Positions 25,790 to 39,855 of a DNA stretch of 64,000 nucleotides are shown piece after piece. Numbering within the stretch: position 1 is the stretch's first letter; each line of letters starts with the position of its first letter. The notes beneath the pieces were generated by a model. It was not told where the DNA came from, did no database searches, and saw only the letters and a list, made by a program, of their open reading frames with translations. Both the position numbers and the translations under genes were made by a program. The DNA lies in assembly GCF_009914755.1 (NCBI RefSeq), contig NC_060933.1. One strand, given 5' to 3'. This DNA comes from the human T2T-CHM13v2.0 reference genome, Homo sapiens.

Positions 25790-26690
25790 TTGTATTTTCT
25801 TCAGGTGTCTCAAAATAAAAAGTATTCGAAACTGAATGCACTGTGATTTATCCTTTCTACCTTCCCACCCAGGTCCATCCTTTCTCCCACATTTCCTATC
25901 TTGGTTAATGATTCCATTGCCCAACCAGAGGCCTGATATTGTCCCGAACACTTTCATTCTTATTGCCCAGGTCTGACTGGTCATTGCATCCTGGTAGTTC
26001 TACCTCCCAATTACTGCTTCAGCTCCTTCCTTCTTTCCACCCCTATGTTTGCTCCCTGGACCAAGTGTTCTTGAACTTCCATAATAGCCCCTTAGAGGTC
26101 TTCTAGCCTCTAGTCTTGGAGCTCTCCCATTCATTCTCTACTTCAGTCCATGGGAGCTTTCTAAATTGCCCCATTCTTCCCCAGTGAAGCACTGGCCCCA
26201 AGACCTATAGACTGGAGGGTCAGCTCCCTGGAATGGCATGAGAAGCCCATCAGAATGATCTCTTCCTCCTGTGAAGCCTTATATTTAAGTACTCCTTGCC
26301 CCAGCCTGCACTTGGTATTCCAGCTGTTCCATGCTGTCTGCAGCCTATCAACAATACCGTGCTGCTCCTCTCTGCCTGGAAATGTTTTTCTCTGTCTTGT
26401 CACCCTATAAAATTATTCTTAAACCCGCTGCTAGTTCTGATAGTTCTTCCTCTAGCAAGACTTCTGGGACTTTTCCTTCTCATCCACTGCCATCTCAGCA
26501 GCCCTTTTGTATCTTGACCTTCTTTCTATTCCTGTACATTTCTTACTGTATTTTTAATGTTTTAATTCCCACATCTATCTCCTTGGCCACATTGGAAGCT
26601 CCTTGGATGTGGAGGCTCTTTCTAAGTCATTGTTGCCTCCTCAGGCCCTAGTGTGGACACACCAGATACCCAACAACTTTTGAAGTAAAT
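25790..26690 (+). mobile_element. L2 LINE 3' region
   Basis: Degenerate L2 motifs (ggttaatg...ccattgcccaacc; ttctacctccca; ctctgcctggaaatg; gaagctccttgga). Confidence 0.65.
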
Positions 26691-27101
26691 TATGATCTCA
26701 GTTGTTCATTGCCAACAGTCTGTTACTCCTTATCTTCCACTACTCTACATCCCCCAATATATTTTATTTTGCGATCCCACCAGGCTCTTCTTATCTTTGT
26801 CTTATAGATGAGAACACTGAGGCTCAGAGCATGGAAGTCATTCCCAATATCACACTGCTAGTAAGCAACAGAGTCAGGATTCAACCCCAGAGCTGGGTGA
26901 AATTGCACAGCCCAGATGCTCCAGTGCTCCTCCCTGCTGCCTTCACAGAATATAAGCAGTAGATTGGGACCAATTTCCTCAAATCGCAAAACATTTCCGT
27001 ACCTGCATGCCTATGCTCAATCTTTGTTCTCCTCTACCTGTAGAATTCCTACTTCCCCTTTAAGTTCTAGTTCAAATGCTGTTGACTGTTTGAAATACAC
27101 A

Positions 27102-27200
27102 TTTTTCTTTTTTGAGACAGGGTCTCCCTCTGCAGTGGCGCCATCCATCATTGCTCACTGCAGCCCTCAAATTCCCAGGCTCAAAGTATCCGCCTGCCTC
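27102..27200 (-). mobile_element. Short AluJ/FLAM-type fragment with internal deletion
   Basis: tttgagacagggtctccctctgcagtggcg...gctcactgcagcc; flanked by acatttt(t)ct repeats near 27099 and 27203. Confidence 0.8.
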
Positions 27201-27978
27201 TGACATTTTCTGTTTCTGTCAGCTTGAAATAATAGTTTCCTCTCCTGTGCATCCTACGATATCTTCACACACAGATACACAACCCTGAACCTTCTCTTTC
27301 ATGGCCTCCACCATATTCTAGCTCATATGATAGTTATTCCTGCAAGAATTTCTTCTTTGTTAAACTGAAGTGCCTTTGGTGCAGAGATCAGGTCTTTTTC
27401 ATTTTTCTGTGACCATAGCCCCTAATATAGTGTTATGTATATAAAAGTACATAGTACTATTCAGTACATAGTACTGAATGAATAAGTGAATGAGTGCTAT
27501 ATTTCATCAGCCTGTCTCTGTTGGAGAACAGAAGGTTTTATAAATATTCTTGCTCCCTCGGCACTTGGCCTGGTAATTTGAAGATAAGATCTGATCAGGT
27601 ATTTGGCTAATTTGTATTTATATCTTATACGGTATAGTTATTCTTCATAGCTTGAAAGAAGAAGAGAATAAGAGGGAAAAGCATATGTAATTTGGGTCTT
27701 CAGGTCTGAGTCCTTGAACTCCAAAACCAGGAGAAGAAAAAGAGAAAGAGAGGCTCACCCTTGCTCTGGAGACTGTTCTCAACCAGGAGTGGAACACAGC
27801 TCCCTTGTGGTGCAGGAGGAAATGTGTGAGTGGGTTGGGTGGGGAGTGGTGGTGGGTTATGGGGAGAAGTGCTGGCATTCACATAAGTGGTCAGAACCCA
27901 GCAATACTAACGGCCCTAAAATGCACTGGGTAGTCTCACAAAACACAGAACCGTGCTGTCCAAAATGTCAACAATGCA

Positions 27979-28475
27979 GATATTAGCTTTTTAAAATTGC
28001 TACCACAATAAATAACCACAAACTTAGAGACTTAAACTACACAAACTTATTACTTTAAACTCCTGTAGGTCAGAATCTTACATGGATCTCACTGAGCTAA
28101 AAGCAAAGTCTCTGCAGGGCTGATACTTGCCTTCAGGCTCTGGGGGAAAATCCATTTCCTTGCCTTTCCCAGCTTCTAGGGGTTACCCACATTTCTTGGC
28201 CTGTGGCCTCTGTCCTCTATCTTCAAAACCAGCAACAGCAAGTTGAGACCTTTTTCCACAGAATCACTCCACTCTCCTCTTCTGCCTTAAGGACCCTTGT
28301 GATGATTAGACCCATCTGGATAATACAGGGTGCTCTGCCCATCTCAAGGTCAGCTGATTAGCAACCTTAATTTTATCTGCAATCTTAATTCCCTTTGCTA
28401 TGTAACATAAAATATTCACAGGTTCCAATGATGAGGATGTGGACATCTTTCGGGGCCATCATTCTGTCTACCACA
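27979..28475 (-). mobile_element. MLT1D-like MaLR solo LTR, nested in an older Charlie-type MITE (~27770-28500)
   Basis: ccacaaacttag...ggggaaaatccatttccttgccttttcccagcttctag...taaggacccttgtgat...attctgtctaccaca. Confidence 0.88.
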
Positions 28476-30576
28476 GTGCCCCCACATTGGAGAACATCCC
28501 ACAATTATTGGTCCTTGGTGATTATCTTCTGTGTTAGATGGGTCTGCCTCAAGACAGGCATTCAGAGAATAGCCTGCATTTAGAGAGCTCTGAAATATAT
28601 ACCCCAGTAAAATCCTCAGCACTCTGTGAAATATCATTCCGTCTCACAAGTCCACAGCCTCCACACCCCTTCCCATCTCTTGTGGCACCAATGGAAGCCA
28701 TCAGGAACATCAGATCTCAGTCTTGAGACCCCTTTTCAATTGTAGCTGTAGGTGGTAAGTACAAGTAAGAATGAAGGTCATGGGGAGACATGTTATCTCA
28801 TCTAGCCTGGGTTATTCCTTATTAAGTTTTTTGACATCCTAGTTCCCAGTGCTGATATTGACAAAAGCTTCCAAATATAACTATAGAACAAAATATTTAA
28901 AGCTATTTATTATTAATGTAATCTTACAAAAATCAACTCTACAAAAACCACATAGTCTATCAACCTGGGAAGTGAAAAGAACTCATAATTTCCTATGCAT
29001 GATTTTGCTCCTCAAATAATAATAACTATGATGGCTACCATTACAAAGTGCCAGGGACTTTATGCCCTATTTTATTTATTCATTATGACAATCCTATTTC
29101 ATTGCTATTATTATTCCCATTTTACAGATGGGGGAATTTAGATACAGAGAGATTACATTATTTGTCCAAGAGCATATAGCAAATAAATGTAGTCAGAATT
29201 TGATCCTAGCTCTACCAGCCTCTAGAACATTCCCAGGCCCATAAATATAGGTTAGGATGAAGAGGCAGACATGGCCCAAACTCTTGTATGTCTCAGGGTA
29301 AGGATAATTGTTCCATGTGTCCCATAAGTTGCTGTCACTGCCTAGGTTACCAGGTGGTAGAGGAAGGCCTGCTTTATCTGTGCTCGATGAACCTTATGGC
29401 TTTCTAAGGAACATTTCTGATATCCCTGATAACAACTGTTAATCCAGCCACCAGTGCCAAGACCTCAAACTAATTAGCCTAAAAAGTCAGATTAGAATGG
29501 GGTTAATTCTGTGATCATTTACTATTTACAAGGAGGTTTGATAATAAAGAGAAACTTAGATCTTTGTTTCAAAGAGCTTTCCTAAACAGCAGCATTTACT
29601 AATTACAGTGCTCAATAATTATTTGTTGAATACATCAATAAGTAGGAATAGCATTTAAAAATTAGATGTATTAAAAAGCTTGGAAGGCTATAACCTCTTA
29701 CATTAACAACAGTCATCTCCGAGTGATAAAATAATAGGTAGTTTTTGTTTTCTTTTTTTATTTAAATAGGTTTTGGGGGGTGCAAGTGGTGTTTTGTTAC
29801 ATAAATAAGTTCTTTACATGGGATTTCTGTGATTTTGGCACAGCCATCACCTGAGCAGTGTACAGTGTACTCAATGTGTAGTCTTATAACCTTCATCCCC
29901 TCCTACACTTTCCCCCAAATTCCCAAAGTCCATTGTATCATTCTTATGCCTTTGCATCCTCATAGCTTAGCTCCCACTTATGAGTGAGAACATATGATGT
30001 TTGGTTTTCCATTCCTCAGTAACTTCACTTAGAATAATAGTCTTCAATCCCATCCAGGTTGCTGCGAATGCCATTAATTCATTCCTTTTTATGGCTGAAG
30101 TCCTCACAGTTTAGCTCCCAAAATTAATGGACACAAATCAGTAGTTCTGCTATACACCAACAGTGACCAAGCTGTGAATGAAATCAAGAACTCAACTCCT
30201 TTTACAATAGCTGCAAAATAAATAAATAAATAAACAAACAAACCTTAGGAACATACCTAACCAAGGAGGCGAAAGACCTCTACAAGGAAAACTATGAAAC
30301 ACTGCTGAAGGAAATCATAGATGACACAAACAAATGGAAACACATCCCATGCTCATGGATGGGTAGAATCAATATTGTGAAAGTGACCCTGTTGCCAAAA
30401 GCAATCTACAAATTCAACGCAATTTCCATCCAAATACCACCATCATTCTTCACATATGATGTTTAGTTTTCCATTCCTGAGTTACTTCACTTAGAATAAT
30501 AGTCTCCAATTCCATCCAGGTTGCTGCAAATGCCATTATTTCATTCCTTTTTATTGCTGAGTAGTATTCCATGGTG

Positions 30577-30577
<1 letters not shown>

Positions 30578-30620
<43 letters not shown>

Positions 30621-30710
30621 ATCATATATATACGATATATGTGTACATATATCATATATATGTGTATATATATATGTGTGTATATATATCATATATATGA
30701 TACATATATT
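30578..30710. repeat. (TG)n followed by (TA)-rich compound microsatellite
   Basis: Direct reading. Confidence 0.95.
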
Positions 30711-33325
30711 ACAATTTCTTTATTCATTTGTTGATTGATGGGCATTTGGGCTGGTTCCATATTTTTGCAATTGCAAATTGTGCTGCTATAAACACATATG
30801 TGAAAGTATCTCTCTTGTATGATGTCTTCTTTTCCTCTGGGTAGATACCCAGGAGTGAGACTGCTGTATTAAATGGTAGTTCTACTTTTAGTTCTCTAAG
30901 AAATCTTCACACTGTTTTCCATAGTGGTTGTACTAGTTTACATTTCCACTAGCAGTTTGAAAGAAGTAACTCAGGAATGGAAAACCAAACATCACATGTG
31001 AAGAATGATGGTGGTATTTGGATGGAAATCGCGTTGAATTTGTAGATTGCTTTTGGCAGCATGGTCATTTTCACAATATTGATTCTACTCATCCATGAGC
31101 ATGGGACATGTTTATTTGTTTGTGTCATCTATGATTTCTTTCAGCAGTGTTTCATAGTTTTCCTTGTAGAAGTCTTTTACCTCCTTGGTTAGGTATATTC
31201 CTCAGTATTTTATTATTATTATTTTTTGCAGCTATTGCAAAAGGGGTTGAGTTCTTGATTTGATTCTCAGCTTGGTCACTGTTGGTGTATAGCAGAACTA
31301 CTCATTTGTGTTCTTTAATTTTGTGTCCTGAGACTCTGCTGAATTCATTTATCAGGTCTAGGAGCTTGTTGGAGGAGTCTTGAGGGTTCTCTAGGTATAT
31401 GATCATATCATTGGCAAACAGCAACAGTTTGACTTCCTCTTTACCAATTTGGATGCCCTTTATTTCTTTCTCTTATCTGATTGCTCTGGCTAGGTCTCCC
31501 AGCACCATGTTGAATAGAAGTAGTTAGAGTGGGCATCCTTGTCTTGTTCTGATTCTTAGCAGGAATGCTTTCAACTTTTCCTCTTTCAGTATTAGGTTGG
31601 CTGTGGGTTTGTCATAGATGGCTTTTATTATCTTAAGATACGTCCCTTCTATGCCGATTTTGCTGAGGCTTTTAATCATAAATAGATGCTGGATTTTGTC
31701 AAATGCTTTTCCTGCATCTATTGAGACGAACATATGATTTTTGTTTTTAACTCTGTTATGTGGTGTGTCACATTTATTGACTTGCAGATGTTAAACCATC
31801 CCTGCATCCCTGGTATGAAACCCAATTGATTATGGTGGATTTTTTTTTGATATGCTTTTGGGTTTGGTTAGCTAGTATTTTGTTAAGGATTTTTGCATCT
31901 ATATTCATCAGGGATATTGGTCTGTAATTTTCTTTTTTTTGTTACGTCCTTTCCTGGCTTTGGTATTAGGGTGATACCGGCTTCACAGAATGATTTAGGA
32001 AGAATTCCCTCTTTCTCTATCTTGTGGAATAGTGTCAATAGGATTGGTACCAGTTCTTTGAATGTCTGATAGAATTCAGCTGTGAATCCTGGACTTTTTT
32101 TATTGGCAATTTCAAAATTACCATTTCATTCTCACTGTTTGTTATTGGTCTGGTTCAGAGTTTATATTTCTTCCTGGTTTAATCTAGGAGGGTTGTATAT
32201 TTCCAGGAATTTATCCATCTCCTCTAGGTTTTCTAGTTTATGCATGTAGAGGTATTCCTAGTAGCCTTGAATAATCTTTTGTCTTTCTGTGGTATCCGTT
32301 GTAATAGCTCCTGTTTTGTTTCTAATTGAGCTTATTTGGGTCTTCTCTCTTCTTTGTTAATCTTGCTAATGGTCTATCAATTTTATTTATCTTTTCAAAT
32401 AATCAGGTTTTAGTTTCATTTATCTTTTGTATTTTCTTTGTTTCAATTTTATTTAGTTCTGCTCTGATTTCTGTTATTTCTTTTCTTGTGCGGGGTCTGG
32501 GTTTGGCTTGCTCTTGTTTCTCTAGTTCCTTTAGGTGTGAACTTACATTGTCTATTTGTGCTTTCAGACTTTTTGATGTAGGCATTTAAGGCTGTGAGTT
32601 TTCCTTTTAGCACTGTCTTTGCTGTATCCCAGAGGTTTTGATAGGTTGTGTCACTATTATCATTCAGTTCAAAGAATTTTTTAATATCCATCTTGATTTC
32701 ATTGTTGACCCAATGATCATTCAGGAGCAAGTTATTTAATTTCCATGTATTTGCATGGTTTTGAGGGCTTCTTTTGGAGTTGATTTCCAATTTTATTCCA
32801 CTGTTGTCTGAGACAGTACTTGATAAAACTTCAGTTTTCTTAAATTTATTGAGACTTGTTTTATGGCCTATCATATGGTCTATCTTGGAGAATGTTCCAT
32901 GTGCTGGTCAACAGAATGTATATTCTGCAGTTGTTGGGTAGAATGTTCCGTAAATATCTGTTAAGTGCATTTGTTCCAGGGTATAGTTTAAATCCATTGT
33001 TTCTTTGTTGACCTTTTGCCTTGAAGACCTGTCTAGTTCTGTCAGAGGAGTATTGAAGTCCTCCAATATTAATTGTGTTGCCATGTATCTCATTTCTTAG
33101 GTCTAGTAGTAACAGTTTTATAAATTTGGGAACTTCAGTGTTAGGTGCATATATATTTAGAATTGTGATATTTTCCTGTTGGACAAGTCCTTTTATCATT
33201 ATATAATGTCCCTCTTTGTTCTTTTTCACTGCTATTGCTTTAAAGTTTGTTTTGTCTTATGTAAGAATAGCTACTCCTGTTTGCTTTTGGTGTCCATTTG
33301 CATGGAATATCTTCCACCACTTTAA

Positions 33326-33673
<348 letters not shown>

Positions 33674-36600
33674 GTGAGTTCTTATGTGTTAGGTGAGTTT
33701 CCTGAAAACAGCAGATACTTGGTTGGGGACTTCTTATCCATTCTGCCATTCTGTATCTTTTAAGTGGAGTATTTAGGCCATTTACACTCAATGCTAGTAT
33801 TGAGATGTGAGGTACTATTCTATTCATGTTATTTGATGCCTGAATATCTTGTTGTTTATTTGTTTATTTATTGTATTTTTGTTTTAGAGGTTCTGTGAGA
33901 TTTATGCTTTAAGGAGGTTCTATTTTGGTGTATTTCAAGGATTTGTTTCAAGATTTAGAGCTTCTTTTAGCAGTTCTTATAGTGCTGGCTTGGTAGTGGT
34001 GAGCTCTCTCAGCATTTGTCTGAAAAAAGACTGCATCTTTCCTTCACTTATGAAGCTTAGTTTCTCTAGATACAAAATTCTTGGCTGATAATTGTTCTAA
34101 GAAGGCTGAAGATAGGGCCCTGATCTATTCTAGATTGTAGGGTTTCTGCTGAGAAATCTGTTGTTAATCTGATAGGTTTTCTTTTATAGGTTACCTGGTG
34201 CTTTCACCTCACAGCTCTTAAGATTCTTTCTTAAGTTTTGACTTTAGATAACTTGATGACAATGTGCCTAGGTGATCTTTTTGTGATAAAATTTCCCAGG
34301 TGTTCTTTGAGCTTCTTGTATTTAGATGTCTAAATCTCTAGCAAGGCCGGGGAAGTTTTCCTTGATTATCCCCTCAAATATGTTTTCCAAACTTTTAGAT
34401 TTCTCTTCTCCTTCAGGAACACCAATTATTCCTAGGTTTGGTTAACATAATCCCAAACTTCTTGGAGGCTTTGTTCATTTTTTTAAAAAATTCTTTTTTC
34501 TTTGTCTTTGTTGAATTGGCTTAATTTGAAAACCTTGTCTTTGAGTTCTGAAGTTCTTAGTTTGTTCGACTCTACTGCTGAGACTTTCCAGTGCATTTTG
34601 CATTTCTCTAAGTGTGTCCTTCCTTTCCAGAAGTTATGATTTTTAATGCTATCTATTTCACTGAAGATTTTTCCCTTCCTATCTTGTATCTTTTTCAAAA
34701 TTTCATTGAGTTGGACTTCATCTTTCTCTGCTGCCTCTTTGATTAACTTAATGATTGACCTTCTGAATTCTTTTTCTGGCAATTTAGGGATTTCTTCTTG
34801 GTTTGCATCCACTGCTGGTGAGCTAGTGTGATCTTTTGGGAGTGTTAAAGAACCTTGTTTTGTCATATTACCAGGATTGTTTTTCTGGTTCCTTCTATTT
34901 GAGTACACTATGTCAGAGGGAAGATCTGGGGCTCAAGGGCCGCTCTTCAGATTCTTTTGTCCCACAGGGTGCTCCCTTGAGGTAGTGCTCTCTCCCTTCC
35001 CCTAGGGATGGGACTTCCTGAGAGCTGAACTGCAGTGATTATTATTTCTCTTCTGGATCTAGCCACCCAGTGGAGCTACTGGGCTCTGGGCTGGTACTGG
35101 GGGTGTCTGCAAAGAGTCCTGTGATGTGAACTGTCTTCAGGTCTCAGCTTTAGATACCAGCACCTGCTCCAGTGGAGGTGGCAGGGGAGTGAAATGGACT
35201 CTGTGAGGGTCCTTAGTTGTAGTTTTGTTTATTGCACTAGTTTTGTATTGGTTGGCCTCCTGCCAGGAGGTGGCAATTTCAAGACAGTGTCAGCTGCCAT
35301 AGTATAGGGAGGATCAGGTGGTGGGCAGGGCCCTAGAGCTGCCAAGAGATTGTGTCCTTTGTCTTCAGCTACCAGGGCAGGCAGAGAAAGACCATCAGGT
35401 GTAAGCATGGTTAGGTGTGTCTGAGCTCAGACTCTTTTCGGGTGCGGCTTGCTGTGCTGTTGCAGAGGATGAGGGTATGGATCTCAGGCTAATGGAGTTA
35501 TTTTCCCAGAAGGATTATGGCTGCCTCTGCTGTGTCATGAAGGTCGCCAGGGAAGTGGGGGAAAGCCGGCAGTTACAGGCCTCACCCAGCTCCTACACAA
35601 TCCCCAAAATCAGTCTCGCTCCTACCGTGCCCCCACAAAAGCACCAAGTTTATTTTCAGCCAGCCGGTGAGCAGGGCTGGAAACCTACCCCAGGCTGAGA
35701 AAGCAAACAGGGTTTTCAGGTTTTGTGCCTCCCCGCCTGCTGTGGCTTCGTGCTGTGTCTGCACTCCCTATTCACCCCCTCCCCTGACTTCTGTCCAGGA
35801 AACTTCATGTTTGGTCAAAATTGTTACAAAGTTCAGCTGGAAGTTTCCTTCTTCCTGTGGTCTTTTCCAGTTCCTCTGGCAGCACTCCCCAAGAGTACTT
35901 TACTTTGTCTTACTCTCTGAGACAAACTAAGAAATGGCTTCCCTGGGGACCAAGAGCCCATAGGGCTCTTCCCACTGCTACTTCTACCCCTGTATTTTGC
36001 TCAGCTCTCTAAAATTGTCTCAGCTCCAAGTAAGGTCAAATACTTCTCTTGTGATCTGGACCTTCAGGTTCCCCAGTGATGGTGTGTGTTCAGGGGTGGA
36101 TGATCCCCCTTTCACACTTTCACACTTCAGGCACTCACAGTTTTTTGGCTGTCTACCGGGGCCTGCAGGAGCAATCTGCTTCCTTCAAAGGGTCTGTAGA
36201 TTCTCTTGGCTTTCCTGGTATGTTCCTGCAGTAGTTCTTGGAGCACAAGTTCACAATGTGAGTCTCCACAAGCTGCTCTGTCCATCTGAGTGGGAGGTGC
36301 AATTTAGTCCTGCCTATTATCTGCCATTTTCCTCCCCATGCCGTTGCCAGAATCTTAACAGATAGACCTGGAAATCTGAAGAGCTGGGCTCTGTCCTGGC
36401 ACTGCGGCAGCTGACTGTGTGCCTTTGTTTCCTTGTTTATCTATATCTTCTATTTTTTTTCCCACAATGGAGGCACTTTTTTTCCACATGTGTATCTTAT
36501 ATGGTAGGAGAAGTTCTTAAAAAGAGTTTTTCATTAAAAATTAGGTAAGTAAGATAAAGACTAGGGGAAGCAAATAAATAAATAAACCCTTGATTAGTGG

Positions 36601-36796
36601 AGATGTTTACTATCTGGCAATCCCATTCCAGTTAAAATGTCACATAAAAAACGGATACAATTTTGTCCACTATTGAGTTGCATATTAGGAAGGATAGATT
36701 TGGCTTTGGAAAGAAACTATTTTATTATTTAATAGTTAATTTCTTAACCTAAGAGAATTCTTTATTAACATTTTTAACAATAAAAAAGTTTTTCAT

Positions 36797-37508
36797 CAAA
36801 GAGATACCATCTCACACCAGTCAGAATGGCTATTAATAAAAAGTTAAAAAATAACAGACACTAGTGAGGTTATGGGGAAAAATGAACACTTAAGCACTGT
36901 TGGTGGGAGTGTAAATTAGTTCACCCACTGTAGAAAATACTGTGGTGATTCCTCAAAGACCTAAAGACAGAAACATCATTCAATCTAGCAATCCCATTAC
37001 TGGGTATATACCCAAAGCAATATAAATCTTCTATTCTAAAGACACATGCACATGTATGTTCACTGCAGCACTATTCACAATAGCAAAGACATGGAATCAA
37101 CCTAAATACCCACCTATGGTAGACTGGATAAAGAAAATGTAGTACGTATACACAATGGAATACTCTGCAGTCGTAAAAAAGAATGAGATCTTGTCTTTTG
37201 CAGGGACATGGATGGAGCTAGAGGCCATTAGCCTCAGCAAACTAACACAGGGACAGAAAACCAAATACCACATGTTCTCACTTACAAGTAGGAAACTAAA
37301 TGATGAGAACACATGGACACAGGGAGGGGAACAACACACAGTGGGGTCTATCAGACGGTGGAGGGCAGAAGGAGGTAGAGTATTAGGAAAAATAACTAAT
37401 AGGTACCAGGTTTAATACCTGGGTGATGAAATAATCTGCACAACAAACCCCCATGACACAAGGTTTCCTGTATAACAAACGTGCATGTGTACCCCTGACC
37501 TTAAAGTT
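36797..37508 (+). mobile_element. L1PA (PA11-13-like) 3' fragment
   Basis: gagataccatctcacaccagtcagaatggc through ORF2 C-terminal remnant and 3'UTR; TSD aaaaagtttttcat at 36783-36796 and 37509-37522. Confidence 0.93.
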
Positions 37509-37899
37509 AAAAAGTTTTTCATTAGAAAATTCAAATTAAACTGAATAAAACCTTCAATTCTCATGAATTTTGGCAATTTAAAATCAAATAAACATTCTGC
37601 ATCATATTTTAAAAACTATACAAATACATTTACATATCTAAATATTGTATACAATATACAAAGTGGTATACATTACACATAACACACATTCTATATTATG
37701 TGATATCTATTATATATTATAGATTTGTATATAGTATAAATATTCTATATAAACATATACATTTATTATATACTATATTAATATAAGCAAATACATATAC
37801 AAACATATATAAGCAAACATAAGCATATAAAATATAAACACACACACACAAGCACACAAAACAATGACCAATGACAGAGCCAGGTTCCAGGCATCAGAC

Positions 37900-38120
37900 G
37901 CCATGGAAGGAACAGAGGGCTTCAACCAGACAATCCTGGTCTTAAATCTTATCTCTGTCGCAGTAGCTTCGCAGATCTAGCTTAAGCAGATGACTCAACC
38001 CCTTTGAGTCTCTTTCCTCATCCCATCACTCAGGCTAATAACTGACTCCCAGGACTGTTATGAAGATTAAATGAGAAGATGTGGGTGGCAAGCCTAGCGC
38101 AGAGCAGGTGCTTAATAACG
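37900..38120 (+). mobile_element. MIR SINE
   Basis: tttcctcatc...gactgttatgaagattaaatgaga...cctagcgcagag...gtgcttaataa. Confidence 0.75.
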
Positions 38121-39351
38121 GAAGCCCTCCATGGCTGCTTTCCTTTGTTATTCTGACTCTAAATTCTGTGTTCTTTCCACTACACCACCCAACACTCTAG
38201 TTTGTGTAGCACACAGAACCTTCTCCTACATCTATATCTGGTAAGAAGCTTTGCACCTCATTCTGCAGCTGCCTAACCTGCAGGAAGTTGCATCTCACTG
38301 GCATGCATCTGTAGACTTCAAGACTTTAAAACCTCCTTACCAACCTGGGCAAACCCATGAAATGATTAAAACAACCAAATAAAGCACTAGCCTTTTGATT
38401 TCTCTTTAACTTAGTGGTCTAGTGTAACCCTTTATTTTTCTATTTAAAAAACATTGCAGGTTCTATTTCTTGTCTTCGTTTCTTGAATTTTACTGTTCAT
38501 CCAAAGAAAATCAGAAGCATTTACCATAGCATGTTGAGAAGACATCTGAAGATCTCCCTATAATTAATAAATACAGAGCCTTTGCCTTTTCAACTAACAG
38601 AAATTAGGTGAATCTGCTAAATAGTTCATACATGCTGGCATTTTTAGTTATGTTAAGATTTCACTCAAAGCTCCTCTACAAAATGTCTGGAATGAAGAGA
38701 CTGCCTATCTGAGAGACAATAATGGGTTTCTTCTAAATACCTTCTCATTGTTCACAGAATTGATAACATGCTAGGTGGGATAAAAAAATCAATTGTGTAA
38801 AATGTGGAGTTGTGAATAGGAGGTTAATGAAAAATAATATATTTCAGTCAGTCTGTGCTGTCACAAAAGACACGCAAGTGAAGAAAGTAAAACTTATACA
38901 ACTGACTGAATGCTGAGCTGATGGAGTTGCAAATGATGACCAGATGTTCAGGTTCTAATCCTGCCCTGATACCCTCAAGATGAGAACATCGACTTTTCCA
39001 TTGAGAAAAGGGACCTGGCAGGGGATTGAGGCAGTCACCCACCCTGTTATCCGAGTTTGCATTATTATAGGCCAGCTTGTGGCAGGTTTTTACAAGTTAC
39101 AGTTTACAGAATACTTACCTATACATACCAAAGGGCAATAGTGTCTTTAGGTTTATTACATTATCAATATTGGTTATCTCTAAGGATGCATAAAGGTTTA
39201 TTTCTATTACTGCCTTGCTCTTCTGCACCTTAGTTTCCTACCTATAAAATAGGGATAAAACACACCTTCCTTAGAGGTTGTTGGAGGCCTGAATGAGATA
39301 TTTGCCATGTGTCTTACACAGTACTGGGGAGGCTGGACAATCATAATAAAT

Positions 39352-39758
39352 CATGATGGTTAAGTTTCTGTGTCAACTTGATTGGGCTAAGGGATGCCCA
39401 GATAGCTGGTAAAACATTTCTGGGTGTGTCTGTGAAGGGGTTTTTGGAAGGGATTAGCATTTGACTCAGTAGACTGAGTAAAGATCACCCCCACCAATGT
39501 CGGGGGGCATTGTGCAATCTATTGAGGGCCCAAATGGAATAAAAAGGTAGAGGAAGCACAAATTTGCTCTTTCTGCTTAAACTGAGACATTTGTCTTCTC
39601 CTGCCATTGGTCATTGATGCTCCTGGTTCTTGGGCCTTCAGATCTGGAATGAATCACACCACTGGCTTTCTTCGTTCTCCATCTTGCAGATGGCAAAACT
39701 GGGATCTCTCAGCTTCCACAATCACAATAGCTAATTCCCACAACAAATCTCCTCACAT

Positions 39759-39796
<38 letters not shown>

Positions 39797-39855
39797 TGTG
39801 TCTATGTGTGTATGTATTCTATTGGTTCTGTTTCTCTGGAGAACCCTAACCACAT
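39352..39855 (+). mobile_element. MLT2B-like ERVL solo LTR with internal (TG)n
   Basis: tgatggttaa...gtcaacttgattgggctaagggatgcccagatagctgg...tattggttctgtttctctggagaaccctaac. Confidence 0.9.
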
